NCBI GenBank assembly: GCA_029856145.1
Contig: JAHQWK010000001.1
Span: 576,001 to 640,000 of the forward strand
DNA: 64,000 nucleotides
Reading direction: 5' to 3'
DNA from: Promethearchaeia archaeon
GTDB lineage: Archaea; Asgardarchaeota; Lokiarchaeia; Sigyniarchaeales; SOKP01
Under the pieces are notes generated by a model that was given only the letters and a program-made list of their open reading frames with translations, did not search any database and had not been told where the DNA came from. Shown one piece after another: positions 58,240-64,000 of this stretch. The translations under genes and the position numbers were made by a program. The stretch's first letter is position 1. Each line of letters begins with the position of its first letter.

Positions 58240-60144
58240 TTAGAGGTTTTTTAGCCTCTCTTGTTCTTTTTGCTTCTTTTTTTCTAATTTTTTCTTTTGC
58301 TTTTCTAGCTTTTTTCGCTTTTTTGCTTCTAGTTTTGCTACTTTTTCTTTTTGTTTTCTTTCTTGTTTCAATCTTTCAAGTTCTTGTTTTTTTTTTTCAA
58401 TAGCTTCTATTTCTTTCCTCTCCTTCTCTATACGTTCTTTTTCTAATCTGATTTGTTCTTGCTTTACCTTTTCTATTTTTTCTAACCTTGCTTTTTCTAG
58501 TTGTTCTTGCCTTCTCCTCTCCTCTTCCTTTCGAATTCTTATCAGACGTTCTCTTTCTTGTCTTTCCTTTTCTTGCTTTTCTCTTATTTTTCTTTCCCTT
58601 TCCATTCTTTCAATTCTTTCCTGCTCCAAACGAATACTTTCTAATCTTTCTCTTTCTTTTCGAGCTTCTTCTTCAAGGTCAAAAATCCATTTTCCTACTG
58701 TTCGGAGTAATTCTTGTTTTTCTTTTAATGGTAATCCATAGTTTGGTTCCTTTTTCAAGAAGATGTTAGCATGTTTACTCATTTCCCATATTTTTTTCTG
58801 TTCGGTTGTTGTTGCGCTTACACCTATTTGCCTCATACTTTCTCTAGCGATTTCAAATGCTTGTCCAATAGATCTCATTTCGTAGTCTTCATCTATAACT
58901 TTTCTAAGATATAATAAAATTTGTTTAACGTCAGGCTTAGGGGGATTTGGTAATGGTTTAGACTCTACCTTTTTGGATTTTAATGTTTCTAACTCAAATT
59001 TTTCTTGTTTGTGGTCGGGTATTTTTATGGGGCTAATACTAGGTTGTTGAATATCATTTTGGAGAAGATAAGCGGGGTACTCTTCTGTTTTAGACAAAAC
59101 TGGGGTCTCTTTTTTTGCTTTTCTTTTAAATTGGACGGGCCAACTGACAAAGGAATACAAACGGTCTTCTGCAGAGGTAAAAATAGATTCTTTAGACGTT
59201 TTTGTATTGATTGATTTGCTTTTTTTCGAAGAGATTTGTGGTATATTGGAGTTTAGCATTGTCGATGCCTTTTCTGTTATAGAGAAGAGATACATTGGAT
59301 CATACTCAAGATTAGAATAAATACTTTTCAAATAGTCAATATTACCTTCTATAACACTGAGATTTACATGAGATATTGTTTCTTGTAAATGTTGATCTGC
59401 TGCAAAAATAATTCCATCTAATCCAGCTGTTGAATTTAGGTAAGAAGTATCGGGATTTCCTCTCATTTTATCAGAAACTAAAATTTGATTGTAAAAATCC
59501 CAATGTGTACTCAAAAGCATATGACCATCTTTAGCAATTTGATAGGAATCGTCTTTACGGATTCTTTCCATCATTTCCAAAAATATATCTTTATTAGGTA
59601 TGAAAACATTTCTCATTAATGCCCCTTTTATGAAAGTTAGATGATTCTCTGATTTATAAGACAAGTCTACAGGGACTTTAATCACTTTTTCTGCTATGAT
59701 AACATCTCGATCTTCTTCTAAAGTTATATTTCCTGAAGTAGCCATGTGGTCATATACAAAGTCTGATAGTACTAATCCTGTCAATATTCTATTATCGGTA
59801 ATATATTTACCAGATTCTAATTCAAATTTTAGGAAATAATATCCTAAGCCAAATAGGTAATGAAGCGTTCCTTTTGCAGTCTCAATTGAATAGTCATAAC
59901 CGCTTAAAAATATAACTGCATCTGAGACTATTTTTGACACTGGATGATGGACATAGGTTCCTAATGTAGGATAACCTAATAAATCACTCCAACTAGGTAT
60001 CATAAAAAGAGAGTCATGGGGAAATAATTTATTCTCCTTTTTTTGTTTTTCAATTCTTTCTTTTTCAAGCTGTTCTTTTTCAAATCGCTCTTTTTCTAAC
60101 CTTTCATTTTCCAACTGTTCTTCATTTATTTTCTCTATTCCCAT
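58240..60144 (-). CDS. Hypothetical protein with a long E/R/K-rich charged helical C-terminus
   Basis: Globular middle region; about 145-aa ER/K low-complexity tail and a similar short N-terminal stretch. Confidence 0.72.
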   Translation of the reverse strand: MGIEKINEEQLENERLEKERFEKEQLEKERIEKQKKENKLFPHDSLFMIPSWSDLLGYPTLGTYVHHPVSKIVSDAVIFLSGYDYSIETAKGTLHYLFGLGYYFLKFELESGKYITDNRILTGLVLSDFVYDHMATSGNITLEEDRDVIIAEKVIKVPVDLSYKSENHLTFIKGALMRNVFIPNKDIFLEMMERIRKDDSYQIAKDGHMLLSTHWDFYNQILVSDKMRGNPDTSYLNSTAGLDGIIFAADQHLQETISHVNLSVIEGNIDYLKSIYSNLEYDPMYLFSITEKASTMLNSNIPQISSKKSKSINTKTSKESIFTSAEDRLYSFVSWPVQFKRKAKKETPVLSKTEEYPAYLLQNDIQQPSISPIKIPDHKQEKFELETLKSKKVESKPLPNPPKPDVKQILLYLRKVIDEDYEMRSIGQAFEIARESMRQIGVSATTTEQKKIWEMSKHANIFLKKEPNYGLPLKEKQELLRTVGKWIFDLEEEARKERERLESIRLEQERIERMERERKIREKQEKERQERERLIRIRKEEERRRQEQLEKARLEKIEKVKQEQIRLEKERIEKERKEIEAIEKKKQELERLKQERKQKEKVAKLEAKKRKKLEKQKKKLEKKKQKEQERLKNL

Positions 60145-60230
60145 AATACCAACTCTAAATATATTTTTTAATTTAAAAATAAAAATGATTTTTACATATT
60201 ATAAATACTTACTATTAATTTATGATTTTA

Positions 60231-60524
60231 TCATTTTTTCTCAATATTTTTCGGCTTCCAGTATACACGATTCATTAATAGTGGATTAAGCTTGATAGCA
60301 CCTGGGTTCGGGCACTCATCTACACAGCAACCGCAATACCAGCATTCTCCGGGATATAGTACGATTGGAGGGTTTCCTTTCTCTGGATTTGGTACAAATA
60401 TATCTATTTGGCATACTTCCATGCATCTATTACACCCATTGCAAATATCAGGATTAAATATTATAGGATTCGAAATTCCTGGTTCGGGAATTGCATAAAC
60501 TTTTTTATCCATTATTTTATTCAC
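60231..60524 (-). CDS. 2[4Fe-4S] ferredoxin, AprB-like
   Basis: CNGCNRCMEVC and YPGECWYCGCCVDECP; overlaps the flavoprotein stop. Confidence 0.85.
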   Translation of the reverse strand: MNKIMDKKVYAIPEPGISNPIIFNPDICNGCNRCMEVCQIDIFVPNPEKGNPPIVLYPGECWYCGCCVDECPNPGAIKLNPLLMNRVYWKPKNIEKK

Positions 60525-62464
60525 CCTCCAATATAATTTTTATTATGAGATTCGTAGTTCTCTTTAAGAGAACCATAATAATCAATGGGCTTTTCACCAA
60601 TCTCTACTTGGTTATTCTCAAGTCTTACTGTAATAAATTTATGCCACTCAGGCGGATCCATTTCTGGATAATCTGATCTCTTAAAGTGCAACTGCTTAGA
60701 GCTTGCTTTCCGCGCTAAACAAGAATGAATTATTAACTTAGCATTAGTAAGTATATTTAGAACTTCCAGTGAGCGTATTAATTCATGAGGATTAAGAGCA
60801 CGTAACTTAGGTGCTTCATTTTTTTCCATTTGATCTAAGTGTTTTAATCCAATATTTAAGAGTTCTTCGCTCTTTATCGCACCACAATAATTTTGCATAA
60901 TTCTTGTAATATGCATATTAAATTCTTTCCACCCTATTCCATTCTCTCTATTTAAAAGGGAATAAATACGAGTTTTTTCTGCTTCTACTTGATGATAATC
61001 TATCACAGCTTCAGAGATTATCATCGCATAATCAGCAGCGTGCCTTCCAGCGTAATAACCCGTAGCTGCGGCATGACCATTGCAATCTGAAGCAAATAGT
61101 TGATCACCAGCAGCATAAAGTCCTTCTAGATTTGTTCTCAACTCCCAATCATTAAAAATTCCACCGGGAACTCCGAAAAGTTGCCGTTCTCGTGGTAGAA
61201 AAGAAGCCGATGTCCATCCTTCTCCATAACTTTGAAGTAAATCACGATTAGGATTAAAATCTTCTCTTGTATAGGTATCCAGTATTGGAATTTTTGATTT
61301 TCCTTCTTCTCCTACCATTAAACCCCAGATTGCCTTTCGTTCAAGTTCGGGCATACTAGGCAAATCAGCATAAAAAGGTAGTTTAAAACCTTGTTTTAAA
61401 AGATCTTCAAATGGAAGAGTATCAGGTCCTAAGTATTTGTACAAATGAAAATCAGATTCACCCCCTCCTTTTAGGAAAAGTTTTTGCCCTGGAGCTGGTC
61501 GATATCGTTGAGAAATTTTTTTAAGTATATTGCCATCCCTATCAATCCATGGAACCTCTTTACCGTTCGCATCAACCATTGAACAGGCATACCATGTATT
61601 ATGAGTATTACCAGTTCCATAAGGAGGAAAGCTTCGCTCACCCGACCATAGTCCTCTTAAGGACTTTTCCATCATAGCAAATTCGACACCTGCTTCCCAA
61701 CCCATGGCATGACCGTCCCCCATACACTGAAGTGGACGGAATTCAGAAATTCCTGGAAATCCTGGAGAAAAAAGCCAAATTCGCGTTGGACGAGCCATGG
61801 ATAATATGGTTGCTTTGGCTTTAAAAATAATATATTCACCCGTTCGTCCATTTACCCCTATTCCTCCAATAATCTTTGCTCCTTGCTTACCTCCTTCTGT
61901 TAATAAACTTGTAGCCATAGTTCTATCATAAACCTCAACACCTAAGCGTTTACATTCCTTATAAAGAGCTGGCTTAAAGGTTGTTCCCCATACTCGTAAG
62001 GTGTACTTATTTTCATAGTCATAAGCGAATAAGAATTTAGTTTTTTCATCTCTAAACTCAGCACCATTAAACTCATCTTCCGTGTCCCTAATCTTCCCGC
62101 CCATTTTTTCCAAGTCTAAAAGTCTATCATAACCTTCCCTACATTCGATGTAATGTGAAATTCCATTATTATAGCCATTATGATCTTCAATCATAGCCAT
62201 TGTGAGCTCTTCGGGGGACACCTGTGAACAAGGATTGGTTGTTGCGGATTCCCAATGATCGCATCCAGATCCACCTGCACCACTTCTTATTGTTGCTCCT
62301 TTTTCAACAAGAGCTACTTTTACTCCTTTTTTTGCCGCGGCTATTGCAGCCCAACAGCCTGCTATTCCTCCCCCCAAAACTAAAACATCAGAGGTTATTT
62401 CTTTTTTCGTATTCCATTTTATAGGATAAGGCCATTCAAATTTATTAAAAATTTGGTCTCTCAC
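60521..62464 (-). CDS. FAD-dependent oxidoreductase of the SdhA/FrdA/AprA superfamily (AprA-like)
   Basis: DVLVLGGGIAG..AA, EK...RSGA, GDG.AM, GLYAAGD, ARK.S..H.R.DYP. Confidence 0.8.
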   Translation of the reverse strand: MRDQIFNKFEWPYPIKWNTKKEITSDVLVLGGGIAGCWAAIAAAKKGVKVALVEKGATIRSGAGGSGCDHWESATTNPCSQVSPEELTMAMIEDHNGYNNGISHYIECREGYDRLLDLEKMGGKIRDTEDEFNGAEFRDEKTKFLFAYDYENKYTLRVWGTTFKPALYKECKRLGVEVYDRTMATSLLTEGGKQGAKIIGGIGVNGRTGEYIIFKAKATILSMARPTRIWLFSPGFPGISEFRPLQCMGDGHAMGWEAGVEFAMMEKSLRGLWSGERSFPPYGTGNTHNTWYACSMVDANGKEVPWIDRDGNILKKISQRYRPAPGQKLFLKGGGESDFHLYKYLGPDTLPFEDLLKQGFKLPFYADLPSMPELERKAIWGLMVGEEGKSKIPILDTYTREDFNPNRDLLQSYGEGWTSASFLPRERQLFGVPGGIFNDWELRTNLEGLYAAGDQLFASDCNGHAAATGYYAGRHAADYAMIISEAVIDYHQVEAEKTRIYSLLNRENGIGWKEFNMHITRIMQNYCGAIKSEELLNIGLKHLDQMEKNEAPKLRALNPHELIRSLEVLNILTNAKLIIHSCLARKASSKQLHFKRSDYPEMDPPEWHKFITVRLENNQVEIGEKPIDYYGSLKENYESHNKNYIGG

Positions 62465-62585
62465 TCGTTATTTCTCCTTTTTAAATTTCAAATTTAAATC
62501 TATTAAGTATTTCTAGAACAATAAAACAAATAAAGTAATTTGATAAATATAAATAATAACAGAAATAAATTTCAATTTTTAGATT

Positions 62586-62963
62586 ATGTATAAAATTGAG
62601 AAAATAGGAAAATATCATCTCTATACAAAGATAATAGGTACATTTCCACCTTCAGTAGCGAAAAAATTCATTGATGAATTTGAAGAAAAGACGAAAAATC
62701 TAAAAATGTTTTCAGTAATAGTTGATGGATTAGACTTCATATTATTAAATCTCAAATCATTTGAAATTGTACTAGAATTTCTTAAAAAGAATAATGATAG
62801 ATTAGTTAAGTCTGCATATATCATTGCACGAAATCCTGTTTTGGATAAAGAAGCTCAAATCTTGTTAGATAGAGCAGATTCTCCAAAAAGGAAGATTGTA
62901 GAAAATCTTGATGATGCTAAAAAATGGATTGGTATCAGTGAAATAAAAATAGAAAAAGATTAG
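62586..62963 (+). CDS. Hypothetical protein (STAS/SpoIIAA-like)
   Basis: Alpha/beta pattern ending ...NLDDAKKWI. Confidence 0.5.
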   Translation: MYKIEKIGKYHLYTKIIGTFPPSVAKKFIDEFEEKTKNLKMFSVIVDGLDFILLNLKSFEIVLEFLKKNNDRLVKSAYIIARNPVLDKEAQILLDRADSPKRKIVENLDDAKKWIGISEIKIEKD

Positions 62964-63790
62964 CCTTCTCTTTTAATTTCTTTATCATTATAATTAATAT
63001 TTAATCTTTTTTTACACAGTTCAATAGCTTTTGGATTATTATCTACCCCAATCCATTTTCTATTCAATTTATTAGCTGCCGCTAAAGTTGTACCTGTTCC
63101 ACAAAAAAAGTCAACTACAAGATCTCCTTTATTCGATGAAGCTAAGATGATACGTTCCAATAATTTTTCTGGTTTCTGAGTAGGATAACCAAGATATTCT
63201 TTTGATCTTGTAGTGGTTTGAAAAGAATAGATATCATTCCAGACATCCCCTAGAGCATTGCCAGGTTTTTCGTCTAAATATTGTTTTCCCCCTCTTCTTT
63301 TTCTATAAAGACGTCCGTTTTCATCTTGATAGCGGAACATTTTTCTAATATATTCTTCTTTATATGGCGTATATTGCTTGTTAAAAGTAAAAATATCAGA
63401 TTTTGTATAATATAAGATAGTGTCATGTTGGCGTACCCATCCTTTTACTTGACTTTTAAATCCAGACACACTTCCTACATTCCAGATAATTTCTCTTCTA
63501 AAATTTATTCTGCCAAAAATGTTATCACATAAAACTTTTAATTCAAAAGCTGCATTCGGATCACAGTGACAATAAAAACTTCCAGAATTTTTGAGAACCC
63601 GATACATCTCCCCAATTCTCGTCTTCATAAAATTAATATAATCATCGAGGGAATTCCATAAATCAGAAAACTCTTTATAATCCACTCCACTAAAAAAAGG
63701 TGGATCTATATAGATTAAATCAATTGAATCGGAATCAAGTTTTTTTAGAAATTCTAAGTTTTCTGCCAAATAGACGGAATTAATTTTCAT
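62960..63790 (-). CDS. Site-specific DNA methyltransferase (N6-adenine/N4-cytosine, beta class)
   Basis: DLIYIDPPF precedes YPTQKP and DFFCGTGTT. Confidence 0.9.
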   Translation of the reverse strand: MKINSVYLAENLEFLKKLDSDSIDLIYIDPPFFSGVDYKEFSDLWNSLDDYINFMKTRIGEMYRVLKNSGSFYCHCDPNAAFELKVLCDNIFGRINFRREIIWNVGSVSGFKSQVKGWVRQHDTILYYTKSDIFTFNKQYTPYKEEYIRKMFRYQDENGRLYRKRRGGKQYLDEKPGNALGDVWNDIYSFQTTTRSKEYLGYPTQKPEKLLERIILASSNKGDLVVDFFCGTGTTLAAANKLNRKWIGVDNNPKAIELCKKRLNINYNDKEIKREG

Positions 63791-63827
63791 ATAAAAATTA
63801 ATAATAATATATCGAGATTAATATATT

Positions 63828-64000
63828 ATGGAAAAAGAACGATTAAATAAGAATTTCTTGGCTGAATTCAAAAAATATAATTTTTCAAGAATACGAGAGA
63901 ATAAAATTTATTTAGTTGGCTCTATTCGCTTTAAAGATTATTTTATTAAAATTGAATCAATATTGCAAATTATTTATAAAAAACTTGTAAGTATCTGTTC
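63828..64000 (+). CDS. Partial hypothetical protein running off the window end
   Basis: ATG at 63828 with an open frame to the end (MEKERLNKNF...KIYLVGSIRFKDYF...). Confidence 0.5.
   Translation, partial: MEKERLNKNFLAEFKKYNFSRIRENKIYLVGSIRFKDYFIKIESILQIIYKKLVSIC

Noticed and set aside
2360-62824. Many short ORFs antisense to or nested in long genes (e.g. 2360-2629, 4949-5152, 8968-9351, 26367-26678, 46845-47288, 48076-48498, 60292-60498)
   Set aside because: Shadow frames of well-supported genes, with no motifs of their own
1-64000. CRISPR arrays, rRNA genes, transposases or integrases
   Set aside because: No regularly spaced repeats, long GC-rich RNA-like tracts or recombinase motifs were seen by eye

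Overview
AT-rich archaeal DNA whose gene content points to Asgard archaea, probably Lokiarchaeia/Promethearchaeota (inference). Markers: two-domain gelsolin, RING protein beside a proteasome beta gene, MIT-like, LRR and PCI-like proteins, archaeal histone, mfnEF and eukaryote-type SECIS elements. Most genes are ordinary metabolic or housekeeping genes. Highlights: (1) an operon divergent from an ArsR gene (28159-33470) containing a class I SAM methyltransferase fused to an HgcA-like corrinoid membrane protein (NVWCAA cap helix), followed by an HgcB-like ferredoxin, flavoproteins and a second methyltransferase, i.e. a candidate SAM-fed Hg/metalloid methylation system; (2) two tandem selenophosphate synthetase genes, both selenoproteins truncated by the ORF track (in-frame UGA in G-U-x-C-K), each followed by a covarying AUGA/GA SECIS with an extra 3' hairpin; (3) a tRNA-Trp(CCA) gene with three introns (D loop, anticodon loop, T loop); (4) a ribosomal protein eS30 gene with no ATG/GTG/TTG start, apparently starting at ATA; (5) two cases of a single cargo gene bracketed by an intact gene and a diverged copy of that gene's 3' end (histone; membrane protein), plus an internally deleted asd scar. 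All calls come from reading motifs by eye; no database searches were run.
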